From contig NC_043016.1 of NCBI RefSeq assembly GCF_006345805.1, positions 29,636,001 to 29,700,000 of the forward strand: 64,000 nucleotides of DNA, in the 5' to 3' direction. Made by a program: the position numbers and the translations under genes. This DNA is from Octopus sinensis (Eukaryota). Below, piece after piece: positions 36,929-48,796 of the stretch. The notes beneath the pieces were generated by a model, which searched no databases, was not told the DNA's origin, and was given only the letters and a program-made list of their open reading frames with translations. The first letter of the stretch is position 1; every line of letters starts with the position of its first letter.

Positions 36929-37293
36929 TAGATATTAATCATCATCATTTTTAACCTACACTTTTCCATGCTGGAATGGGTTGGTCGGAATTTTTCGAGG
37001 CAATTTATGTGCAGCTGGATGCCTTTCCTGTTGCCAACCTTCACCTGTTTCCAAGTAAATAATATTTCCCCCATAACCAGACATATTTTCATGGTAGATT
37101 GGAAACAAAAGAACACTGCTTACACAATGGTAACACTGTCATACGAAGTCAAGGCAAGCTTGCTAGGCTTTGGTCAGACTGAGGCTATAGACACCTGCCC
37201 AAACTGCCACTCAGCCATGCATGTCTGTGTGTGAATATAAAGGGAGATAATAGCTTCTTGGAAGTCAGACATCCTCTAATTTAGAGAAACTTT

Positions 37294-37510
37294 AAGGCAG
37301 CGAGCTGGTAGAAACGTTAGCATGCCGGGCGAAATGCTTAGCAGTATTTCGTCTGCCGTTATGTTCAGAGTTCAAATTCTGCTGAGGTCGACTTTGCCTT
37401 TCATCCTTTCAGGGTTGATAAATTAAGTACCAGTTACATACTGGGGTCGATCTAATCAACTGGCTTCCTTCCCCCCAAATTTCAGGCCTTGTGCCTATAG
37501 TAGAAAAGAA
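37294..37510 (+). mobile_element. SINE family 2 (GGCGGCGAGCTGGCAGAA head; GCCTTTCATCCTTTCGGGGTCGATAAATTAAGTACCAG core)
   Basis: About 20 related copies, e.g. 26953-27112, 29170-29600, 30880-31085 (-), 44186-44400, 45630-45862, 56620-56832 (-). The central motif resembles Meta/Nin-type SINE domains (from memory, unverified). Confidence 0.8.
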
Positions 37511-39489
37511 TTTAGATAAACTTTCGTTTTATAAGCTTCATCAATGCTTTGTGATTAACGTTACTAAAATACTGTTTAACCTTTCCCAATGTAACTCCAT
37601 ATTCCACTCAATACTAACCACATCAACTATTAGTTTTTCAAATGTCTTTATCACTGCCTTTTCTATTTTGGCCACCAAGACCACGAGGCAAACTAATGAG
37701 TCATTATCGTTATAGCTGTTGTAGTCATTTGTTTAATGACAAAAGTTAAGAAAATAAAGAATTAAAGTAATTTACTTGCTGTTAATTTTTAAGGCAATAT
37801 TTTACCTCTGTTAGTTTATTTTCTGCAAAAATAGGCCTTGTTAAGCCTTAGCTGATTTGGATATCTTTAGAAAAATGAGGTGTTACAAAGCATGATGTTA
37901 TTGTGTCTGGTTGAGCAGAGCAGAGCATACATGCATGTGTGTGTGTATATACACCCTTGCATCCATCTTCACCTTGAATTGATGCTGTAAGGGTACCTAC
38001 ATATTTAGTGTACCGTGGGCATTCTGAAACATAGCGAAACCTCTCCCCACCTCCTCTCCAGATCTAACCACAGCCAATTTCTTGCAGAAGAGAAAGTCAG
38101 ACAGGCAGAGAGAGAGAGAGAGAGAGAAAAGAATTGATTTCAAAAGGATGAAAAAGTTGGCCTTGGTAAGATTTGAACTTGGAGCATAGAGAAGTTGAAC
38201 GATTACCAGAAAGTAATGATTCTGACTCTCTGATGTCTTTTGTCAATTGCCTGTCCACACACACACTATAGAGTTTAGATAACTTTGTCTTGTTCAATAG
38301 TGCATAACCAAATGTGTGTGAGTGTGTACTTTAGTGTATAACATATATTTGACATTTATCGAAGCATTGTTGTTCCCTTGTTGCTTGTATGAACTCTGTA
38401 TCAAAGGATTTGCATCTTTTCAATTGAGTTAATGATATCGATAAGAGCTCGAAATACTCTGTCAAATTGAAATTACCATTTCTAGCCTTTGGAACCAGCT
38501 TTGACATTTGTTGACATGTAAAAATTCTTTGATGTAAATTTCTGGAATATTTCTTTTTCTGCTTTATTTATTGATTTGTATGTTTTTTTTAAAAACTTAT
38601 TCTGTGTGTGTGAGAGACTGACTAACTCCAACATTATTTCTTTGTTTAAACATGTTAAGTATGAAATGTTCTTCTGATAGACACACCCAACAGCGGAATC
38701 AGTGGTTTGTCGTCTTTTAGTATTTGTAATCCCACATATTCCTAGTTTCTAAATTCTTAGATATTTCTCTGTAATTTGCACTTTAATCAAAGACTTGAAT
38801 CAGGTAAAACTGCCTGACATTTAAACCAGCCGGCCCCAAGAGACACATTTGTGTCCATAGAACATGATTACCGCTTTATTTCGCTGAACCCTTATTTGTT
38901 GTTCACGATGAGAAAATCCATCATATATATAATGTCTTTCACTTATTTCAATCATTACACTGCGACCATGCTGGGACACCATCTTGAAGAATTTTTGCTT
39001 AAACGGGTTGACCCCAGTGCTTTTTTTTTTTAAAGTCTGGTACTTATTCTATCAGTAACTTTTGCTGAACTGCTAAGTTATGTGATGTAAACAACCCAAC
39101 ACTGGTCGTCAAGCACCAGTGGGGGACAAACACAGGCTTAAAGACACACACACACATATACTTCATGTTTCTTTCAATTTCCATCTACCAAATTCTCTTG
39201 CAAGGCTTTGGTCAACCTGAGGCTATAGTAGAAGATACCTTGCCTAAGGTAATATGCAGTGGGATTGAACCCAGAACTATGAGATTGAGAAGCAAACTTC
39301 TTACTACACGGCTCCACCTGCCCCTATTTGTATATCCATAATATATATATATATATACAAAATTCACTTTAACAAATTCTGTCTGACCCATGCAAGCATG
39401 GAAAAGTGGATGTTAAGTGATAATGGTTATGTGCCAGTAAAACTTCAGTCACTTTCTCATGATAGTAAAACTACATGCACACACACATG

Positions 39490-39544
<55 letters not shown>

Positions 39545-40365
39545 TTTCTAGGTAATTTGTCTAAAATCCTAATATTTGGCTTCAAATCAATTTTAAATGA
39601 GATCTTTCCAAATCAATAAAACTGTTGTTTAATCTTAGGTCATTCCACTTTAACCCTTTAAACTAGTGGAGGTGCGTGGTTTAGTGGTTAGGGTGTCGGA
39701 CTCACAATTGCAAGATTGTGGTTTCAATTCCTGGACTGGACGATGTGTTGTGTTCTTGAGGAAAAACACTACAAAGGGATGGGCTCTGCCAGGCTTTCTC
39801 ACCCTTGATACACTGCATGGCTGTATTGCCCCAATGATCCTCAAGGGGTTAAGAGACTTGTCAATATCCAACCAAAATATTCTACCTGTTTTATGTTCAA
39901 ACTGGCCAGATCTGGCCTCTCACACCAACCCTACAATATCATTGTAAAACATTAGCAGTTACCTTCTCAAAATCTCAAAGTATTACTTTTGACAGAATAA
40001 TGTGAATACTAAAGTGTTAAGCAGATCAATAATTACAGAGGTGTTTCAGCTTTTACCCGTGCCCCTCCTGTTTTCTTTTCCAACATCTAGGACTCTGTTA
40101 TCCAGTGTGTTAATTCTGTTTTTTCTTTTTAAGTTAGTGATAGTGTAAGAGTGTAATTTTTAGGTGAAAATTTCACAACCATTTCTAGCATTTTCAGTGA
40201 CTTCATAGACGTTTTCTTGTTGGCTCCTTCATTGATGGAATGTGTATTATTGATGAAAGCTGCAGAGTTATTGCCCTTGATATTGTTGAAGCTCCTAACA
40301 AATCACACACACACGCACACACTTATAATTTTTACAATGTCTTAAAGTGGCAGATTGTTCCATTT

Positions 40366-40397
<32 letters not shown>

Positions 40398-40591
40398 AAG
40401 ATTATTTATCACTTGAGAGACCAATTAGATGTTAGTATCATCAGTGAATCTGAATGGATGAACGAAAATTTATTTCTGAGAACCTACTACAGGAGGCAAA
40501 GAATTTCAAAGATTATTATTACCATTATTACTTTTGATTAACATTATTATTTCCTTTTAATTTTGTGACTTTATGTTTTCCCCGTTTTTAG

Positions 40592-40765
40592 AAAATTTAT
40601 TGAAAGTGTCTGGCACAGATGGCATGGATCGAGAAAATTGTGACCTGAAAGGCAAACCAATGACACCGCAACTGAAAAGAAAACATGATAACAGCCACAT
40701 CATTAGCCCTATACATCACCCCAGTATATATTCATGTTCATCATCATCATCATTGCCTCATCCAG
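40592..40765 (+). CDS. SPAST: Candidate spastin linker exon: (E)NLLKVSGTDGMDRENCDLKGKPMTPQLKRKHDNSHIISPIHHPSIYSCSSSSSLPHP
   Basis: TTTTCCCCGTTTTTAG acceptor, CCAG|GTAGAG donor, 174 nt, open frame, phase 1-1 so it fits between 29041 and 54116. Non-repetitive sequence; no homology recognised. Confidence 0.55.
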
Positions 40766-42473
40766 GTAGAGCAACAGCCATTCTTCATCCCTCAACTCAT
40801 ATATCGCTACCTCACATTATTATTATTATTATTATTATGCCATGTTGTTAGACACAGAATCATATATGCATGTTATTGACAAGTTTGACATTCACTTTTG
40901 GTGGAACCATAAATGTTTTATGTTGTTGGTGGTGGTAAATAAATATCTCGGATCAGGATTGTTCCAATGTCTCAAAGGATCTTTTATTGGCTATTGATCT
41001 TTCATTTATTACTACAGAAAGAATATGGGAATCAGACTTTTTTTTTTTATCTAGCTATTTTATGATATGAGAGTATAGTTGAGGGGTGGGGTAATTGACA
41101 TAGATACAAGGACACAAATTTTGGGGGAAGTGGGTTTGTCATTTAACCTTTAGCATGCTATAGATGCATCATGTTGCCGTACTGATTGTCTCCCTTCTCA
41201 ATGTAACACAATGTGCTTACAGCTGCAAGGGAGAAAAGTCGTACAACACCATGTTGCGCCTAAGCATGCTGAGGTTAAATTGATCCCAGTAGGTAACAGG
41301 TATTTTTATTTTATCAACCCTGGAAGGTATAAATGTCAAAGCCAATTTTGGCAGTGTTTAAAGTTAGAACATAAGTTCTGCTTCAATTGCATATGCTGGA
41401 TATTTAATCAACTAGGCAGCTATTTGCAACATCAGTGAATGTTTTACTCTCTTTTTCCTATATCAGAAATGATGAATTCTCATTTAATTATGTGGTTGGC
41501 TGTGAGTATGCACCATTGAAAAGGTCCAAAAAGGTTGAAATGTCTAGTATTCTTATTGGCCTCTGCTGAGATATATTTTTTGTCACTCTGCATGATATTT
41601 ATTCTGTTCTTGATGCGGCAAGTCCATAACAGATCTCAAGATAAAAACTGCAGTAACTATTGAGTATGTGTGTGTACATTAAGTATAATAAATAGATGGA
41701 TATTTTAATTAAATACTTCATCAATGGCCTATACCATATATCATGGTGTAAGCTAATGCTATAAGATATTTTGATCAATGCTCTAATAATTCTGCCAATC
41801 AATAATAATAATAATAATAACAATAATGATAATTTTGTGCTTTAGCACCAGATCAGAAATTTGTGTGTTTTTGTGTGTTGGGGGTGGATGGACAGACAAT
41901 TACATTGATTCTCATACTTTATTTTATTGACCTCAGAAGGAGAATGAATGGTAAAGTTAATCTTTGTAGGATTTGAACTAAGAATGTAAAGAGTTGGAAT
42001 GAGTGCTACGCTCATTCTGTTCAATATTCTAATGCTTCTATTAATCCCCTACTCACTCCGCTGATGTTGTTGTTGTTGTTGTTCTTCTTCTTATTATTAT
42101 TATCATTATTATAAAGGGGTGAGCTGGCAAAATTGTTAGCACACTGCACAAAATGCTTAGTGGCATTTCATCCATCTTTATGGTCCCAAGTTCAAATTCT
42201 GCCAACATCAACTTTGGCTGTCATCCTTAGATGAAATTGATGTAATTGTCTGTTTCCCTCCCACAAATTTCTGGTCTGGTGTCAATGTACAAAATTAATT
42301 AATCTTATTGATTCACAGAATTATTAGAGCATTGGTCAAAATATTTTTTTAGCATTAGGCCATGGAGGCAGTGTTTAAGGGTTGATAAAATAAGTACCAG
42401 TTGAGCACTAAGGTCAATGTAGCCAACTTACTCTCATGCCTGAATTTGCTGGCCTTGTGCCAAAATTTGAAAC

Positions 42474-42526
<53 letters not shown>

Positions 42527-42540
42527 TTATTATTATTATT

Positions 42541-42940
42541 CGGTGATACCAGTGCTGGTGGCACATAAGAGAACCATCCGAATGTGGCCATTGCCAGTGC
42601 TGCCCCGACTGGCTTCTGTGCCGGTGGCACGTAAAAAGCACCATCCGATCGTGGCCGTTGCCAGCCTCGCCTGGCCTCCGTGCCGGTGGCACGTAAAAAG
42701 CACCATCCGATTGTGGCCGTTTGTCAGCCTCGTCTGGCACCTGTGCCGGTGGCACGTAAAAAGCTCCCACTACACTCATGGAGTGGTTGGCGTTAGGAAG
42801 GGCATCCAGCCGTAGAAACATTGCCAGATCAGACTGGGCCTGGTGCAGCCTTCTGGCTTCCCAGATCCCAGTTGCACTGTCCAACCCATGCCAGCATGGA
42901 AAGCGGACTCTAAACGATGGTGATGATGATGATGATGATT
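42541..42940 (+). mobile_element. SINE family 3 (internal ~62-bp VNTR, GGAAGGGCATCCAGCCGTAGAAA motif, (GAT)n tail), 3 VNTR units
   Basis: Ends CCAACCCATGCCAGCATGGAAAGCGGAC..(GAT)n. Related copies at 43170-43680, 44637-44847, 46370-46680 (-), 17715-17870 (-), 50880-51300 (-), 58900-59105, 60380-60590 and 62080-62240. Confidence 0.85.
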
Positions 42941-43169
42941 ATTGTTATTATTATTGACAGAATTGTTAGCATGCTGGACGAAATGCTTAGCAGTATTTCA
43001 CCTGTTGCTGTGTTCTGAGTTCAAATTCTGCTGATGTTGACTTTACCTTTCATCCTTTAGGTTGAACACTGGGGTCAATGTAATTGACTCACCCTCCACC
43101 CCCACCCGCCCTAAATTGCTGCCCTTGTGCCAAAATTTGAAAGCATTATTATTATTATTATTATTTGTG

Positions 43170-43680
43170 GTACCAGTGCCGGTGGCACACAAGAAAACCA
43201 TCCGATCGTGGCCGTTCGCCAGCCTCATCTGGCACCTGTGTCGGTGGCACATAAAAACACCATCCGAGCGTGGCCATCTGCCAGCCTCGTCTGGCACCTG
43301 TGTCGGTGGCACATAAAAAACACCATCCGAGCGTGTCCGTTCGCCAGCCTCGTCTGGCACCTGTGTCGGTGGCACATAAAAACACCATCCGAGCGTGGCC
43401 GTTCGCCAGCCTCGTCTGGCACCTGTGTCGGTGGCACATAAAAACACCATCCGAGCGTGGTCGTTCGCCAGCTTCGTCTGGCACCTGTGTCGGTGGCACA
43501 TAAAATCACCCACTACACTCTCGGAGTGGTTGGCGTTAGGAAGGGCATCCAGCTGTAGAAACACTGCCAGATCTGACTGGCCTGGTGCAGCCTTCGGGCT
43601 CCCCAGACCCCAGTTGAACCGTCCAACCCATGCTAGCATGGAAAACGGACGCTAAATGATGATGATGATGATGACGATGA
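43170..43680 (+). mobile_element. SINE family 3 with five tandem ~62-bp internal units
   Basis: CATCCGAGCGTGGCCGTTCGCCAGCCTCGTCTGGCACCTGTGTCGGTGGCACATAAAAACAC units start at about 43199, 43261, 43324, 43386 and 43448. Confidence 0.88.
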
Positions 43681-44143
43681 TCAGGAGCAAGGGAAGTAGA
43701 TTGGCAGAATTGTTAAAGTGTTGAACAAAATGCTTTACAACATAAAGTTGCATTACACAATATTCTGAGTTCAAACCCAGTTTTCATTTTCACCCCTTTG
43801 GAGTTGAAATAAAAAATAAAGTACCAATCAAATACTGAGGTTGATCAACTAACCCCCTCCTCTCAAAATTGATGGACTTGTGCCTAAATCAGAAGCAATC
43901 ATTATTGTTATTTATCATTAATTATTATCATTAAGGTGGCAAACTGGCAGAATTGTTAGCAATGCCAAACAAAATGCTCAGTGGCACTTCTTCTGGGTTT
44001 ATGTTCTAAGGTCACCCTTATCTTTCATCCTTTTCGAGTCGATAAAATAGGTACCAGTTCAGCTCTGGGGATGATATAATTGACTAGTTCCCTTCCTACA
44101 AAGCTTCCAGTCTTTGTACCTATAGTAGAAATTATTATTGTTA

Positions 44144-44178
<35 letters not shown>

Positions 44179-44587
44179 GTTATTTAAGGTGGCAAGCTGG
44201 CAATATCGTTAGCACACCGGGCGAAATGCTTAGCAGTATTTCGACCATTGCTACATTCTTAGTACAAATTCTGCCGAGGTCAAGTTTGCCTTTCATCCTT
44301 TCAGGGTTGATAAATTAAGTACCAGTGAAACATAGGGATCAGTGTAATTGACTCGTCCCCATCCCTAAATTTCAGGCCCTGTGCCTTCAGTAGAAAGCAT
44401 TATTATTATTTTACCCATATTTATGTTCTGAGTTCAAATTCTGCAGAGGCTGACTTTGCCTTTCATCCTCTTGAGGGTCAATAAAATTAAGTACCAGTCG
44501 AGTAATGGGGTAAATATAATCAACTAGTCCCCTCCCTCAAAATTTCAGGCCTTGTGCCTTTAGTAAAAAGCATTATTATTATTTTTA

Positions 44588-44636
<49 letters not shown>

Positions 44637-45579
44637 CTCCGTCTGGCACCTGTGCGGGTGGCATGTAAAAAGCATCCACTACACTCACGGAGTGGTAGGC
44701 ATTAGGAAGGGCATCCAGCCGTAGAAACACTGCCAGATCAGACTGGGCCTGATGCAGCCTTCTGGCTTCACAGACCCCAGTTGAACCGTCCAACCCATGC
44801 TAGCATGGAAAGCGGACGCTAAATGATGATGATGATGATGATGATGATCTTCATCAGCATTGTTGTCTTGCTGGATAATGTATCGGTGAATTTGTTTACC
44901 GTCTGAGACCTAACATTTTCATCAGTTTCTCCTGGCAATTTCTATCAGTTTAATTAGCTCTTGCAAAGTAAAGTATAATTTGGTATTGTTCTTAGCACAA
45001 TACGGAAATGATTATTGAATTACCGAACAAGTATTAGATTTTACTAAGCGTTATGTATTTATATACATATCCAATTACATATATGATCATCTTCATCATC
45101 ATCATCACCCTCGTCATATGTCCATGTTCCATGCTGGCATGTGTTGATATGATCTGTTGGGGTCTAAGGACTGCACTGAGCTCAGTGTGTATTTTGCTTT
45201 GGTTTCTACGGCTGGATGCCCTTCCTAATACCAACTACCCTACAATGCAGTGTGTACTAGGTGTTTTTGACTTGAGACTGGCACTGTTGAGGTCATTATG
45301 CAGCTTTTGAGACAACAAACCCCAAGGGTTGCTTATTGCACACACACACACACCACACACACACACACACACATGGTGGACTCTTCCTTTGAAGATAACA
45401 TATGAGTATTCAGCTTTTGCAGAACAACTTGCACAAATGATTTGTTTATGGTGATCAAATGTTTGTGCCTGAACAGGTGCACAGTGTGCCATGTGTCAGG
45501 TGTTGAAGTGATTGCAGAGCAATGTAAAATTCCTAGACCATCTGGTCTAGGAATTGAAATCATGATCTAACCACTAAGC

Positions 45580-45617
<38 letters not shown>

Positions 45618-45629
45618 ATAGAGAGTATG

Positions 45630-45862
45630 TAAGGCGGTGAGCTGGCAGACACGTTAGCGTGCCGGGCGATGTGCTTAGCGGTATTTCATCTGTCGTTACG
45701 TTCTGAGTTCAAATCCCGCCGAGGTCAACTTTGCCTTTCATCCTTTCGGGGTCGATAAATAAAGTACCAGTTTCGCACTGGGGTCGATATAATCGACTCA
45801 ATCCCTTCGTCTGTCCTTGTTTGTCCCCTCTATGTTTAGCCCCTTGTGGGTAGTAAAGAAAT
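45630..45862 (+). mobile_element. Young SINE family 2 copy with 17-bp TSD
   Basis: ACATAATAGAGAGTATG at 45613-45629 and 45863-45879. Confidence 0.9.
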
Positions 45863-46187
45863 ACATAATAGAGAGTATGGAGACTTGTGCATTCACAAAA
45901 TTTATTTTATAGTTATATACAGCATGTTACAATGACCTAGATGTGTTTCCGCTGCAGCGGCTACTCACTGTTGCAAATGCAACCTTGCAATATTGTCAGT
46001 GCAGTAGTTGAATGAATTATCTTAGTATGGATAATTCGGTTAACCGATACCTGGGTAGCAAATTCACATCAGAAAAACACGGTTGAAGCTACATGCCAAG
46101 GGCAGAGATCACATGCTTTCGTGTGGAAATTTGTGTGTTTTTTTAATACAAATAAATGAAAGAATGGAGTTGAACAACGATTTAACA

Positions 46188-46292
46188 AAATTCCTTTATT
46201 CTCGACATATGTTTCGAAGGCTGCATATTCCTAATTTCGAAGGAATAAGGGGTGCATTATGCCGCCTTCTCATCAGGAAAAACAAGGAATTT
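46188..46292 (-). ncRNA. Type I hammerhead ribozyme (self-cleaving RNA motif)
   Basis: Minus strand: AAAUUCCUUGUUUUUC-CUGAUGA-GAAGGC...GCCUUC-GAAAC-AUAU-GUC^-GAGAAUAAAGGAAUUU. All core nucleotides are present. Stem I has 14 of 16 pairs (one G-U, 2x2 internal loop); stem II is 6 bp plus an extension; stem III is the palindrome ACAUAUGU. Predicted cleavage between 46204 and 46203. Confidence 0.85.
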
Positions 46293-46678
46293 ATGTCAGC
46301 ATCAAGATGAACAAAAACTTTTAGATGACTGCCCACACAGAGCCCATAGCGATAATATACACACATATCATCATCATCATCATCGTTTAACGTCCGTTCT
46401 CCATGCTAGCATGGGTTGGACGGTTCGACTGGGGATCTGGGAAGCCAGAAGGCTGCACCAGGCTCCAGTCTTATCTGGCAGTGTTTCTACAGCTGGATGC
46501 CCTTCCTAACGCCAACCACTCCGTGAGTGTAGTGGGTGCTTTTTACGTGCCACCTGCACAGGTGCCAGGCGAGGCTGGCAACGGCCACGGTCGGATTGGT
46601 GTATTTTATGTGCCACCGGCACGGAAGCCAGACGAGGCGGTGCTGGCATCGGCCACGAGTCGGATGGTGCTTTTTACG

Positions 46679-46895
46679 TGATATCAGTGATTCTGAGGTA
46701 TGCTTTTGGCGACATACAAAGTGTTGTCAAATTCCATTTTCGAACAAGTGGTGGACTATTCAATCGTCAGTGTTTCAAAGCCAGAACTCTGATACACACC
46801 AGTATTATTTGTGATCTACTTGTTGCAGATGATGCTGCACTAGTAGTGAGCTCCTTAGAGAAAGCTCAGGAATTTTTAAACTGGTTTTCTGTTGC
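46679..46895 (+). mobile_element. RTE/BovB-like reverse transcriptase fragment
   Basis: ISVILRYAFGDIQSVVKFHFRTSGGLFNRQCFKART..ICDLLVADDAALVVSSLEKAQEFLNWFSVA resembles the BovB-type R(T/S)DGxLFNL..DLLFADD segment. Abutted by SINEs on both sides. Confidence 0.75.
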
Positions 46896-47000
46896 ATGAT
46901 GGAAGTAATCCACCAACCAGTCGATTTGCTCGACTAAAGGCGGTGCTCCAGCATGGCCGCAGTCAAATGACTGAAACAAGTAAAAGAAAAAAAATGAGTG

Positions 47001-47083
<83 letters not shown>

Positions 47084-47864
47084 TTCATATGCATATGTAT
47101 AATATATATGTATGTAAGGAATATAGCAAAAGATGTGTATAATCTAAGATTTTTGTTGTTGTTGTTTAGTCAGCAGTGAGGGTATTTCTGCATTTACCTA
47201 TGTGCCAGTAAAGTGGCCACTCACACCATTGTCTTGAAAAGAAGGCATACATTTATTAGGCAATATCTGAGAGAAGATTGAGATCATTATGGCTGGAGTG
47301 CCTTTGATCATAGGCCAGATTTGACCTGTGGTTAAACAGCAACAACAGTCAGTAAGCAGTATGCTAAGTAATAGGAATTATTTATATCAGGGGCAACTTC
47401 CCTACTTTGCTAGTTTGCCAATTGCTTCCATGATTAGAGAAATTAAAGTTGACTGCTGGAAGGCTGTAAAAGCAAATGTTAATATTTAATGAGATTTGAT
47501 GCACACATGCCTCATGGCAAGTGTGTCTAGGGGTGAGAGATTTAGGAAAAAACGTATATATAAATAATAAATTTATGAAATAATGTGACTAAAGTAGTTT
47601 GAAATATTGGAAAAACTTTTTACCAAGAAGACCTTTATAAAACATTGGGTGTAATATAGGTGAATCTAGAAACTTGTCATTATCACATGGTTCTGTGTTT
47701 AACATAGCATGTTTTTATAGAACGCTTGGTACTCACATTTCATACTTTACAGCAGGAATTCCATTTCTTCTAATCTGTTCATTTCATTATCCTTGTTATT
47801 TCTTTGATAATTGGCTGTGGTTACTGCATGACTTCCAAACTAAAATATTCTAAGTCTTCAGTTT

Positions 47865-47901
<37 letters not shown>

Positions 47902-48796
47902 CCTTTGCCTGTCCTGTGTTTCCCCAGTAGCCATGTGTCAAAGACGATGAACATTCCTAAGTACTATTTTTTTTCCAACCACCAGTCTAACTCAAGACTT
48001 ATGAAAGGAAAGCTTTATATCACTCAAAACGCATGAAATGACAGCTAGCTAAAAGTTTGATAATAAGCATGGACATTTAGGACAGACTTATGAAAATGCT
48101 TTGGATATGTAAAGGGTTAATGATTTACTAATGTTTTTCTAATACCATCTTTTATATGACAAAGCTTTCATGAACCAAGTTACTAATCACTAATTCCTTC
48201 ATTTTTAACATCTTACAGTTCTTTGAAGGTAACAAATGCTAATGTGTTACTAATCTTGTTTTCTCATTTATGAACAATGTTTGAATTTAATTATTTAGAG
48301 AATGGTGCAACAGCTTGGGAAGTATTTTCTTTTATAACCCTAGGCCAACCAATGCTTTGTGAGGAGGAAATTGCTAATGGAAAACTTTGTGGAAGCCTGG
48401 CATTTGTGTGTGTGAATGTGGTGTGTGTATATTTGTGTGCTTGTGTGTGAATGTTTTACAAAACTACCTAGAAATATAAATATAGTTGATGTCAGTGTTG
48501 TTTGTGGTTAGGCTATTACAGATTGCCTACTAGCTCAGCAACCTTAAATTTGCCTGCATTTAAAAAAAATATATCTTTTACTTGAAAAACAAACAAGGTT
48601 TGGCAAACAAGAAATGATTGTAGCCATAAAAATCCTGCCTCAAATTTATTCCCATCTAAGCCATGTTAGCATGATAAACAAACAGTAAACATAACAAAAC
48701 TGTATTAACAAGCATTTGCATAGATTAGATTGGAAAAAAACTGTTGTTGACTTTATAAGTGTTTTGATATCATTTAGAATAACTTTGCAAGCATTT

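Noticed and set aside
43043-43655. 198-aa and overlapping repetitive ORFs; CRISPR-like look of the 62-bp units
   Set aside because: These are contiguous tandem units inside a SINE, with no unique spacers and no cas genes, in a eukaryotic context.
44849-44930. Two CTGATGA motifs on the minus strand
   Set aside because: Neither is followed by a hairpin and GAAA; the motif is expected by chance next to (GAT)n tails.
45935-45975. Second hammerhead upstream of the main one (minus strand CAGTGAG..CCGCTGCAGCG-GAAAC-ACATCTA)
   Set aside because: The core CUGANGA is not matched and stem III cannot pair; at most a decayed relic or a chance 12-bp palindrome.
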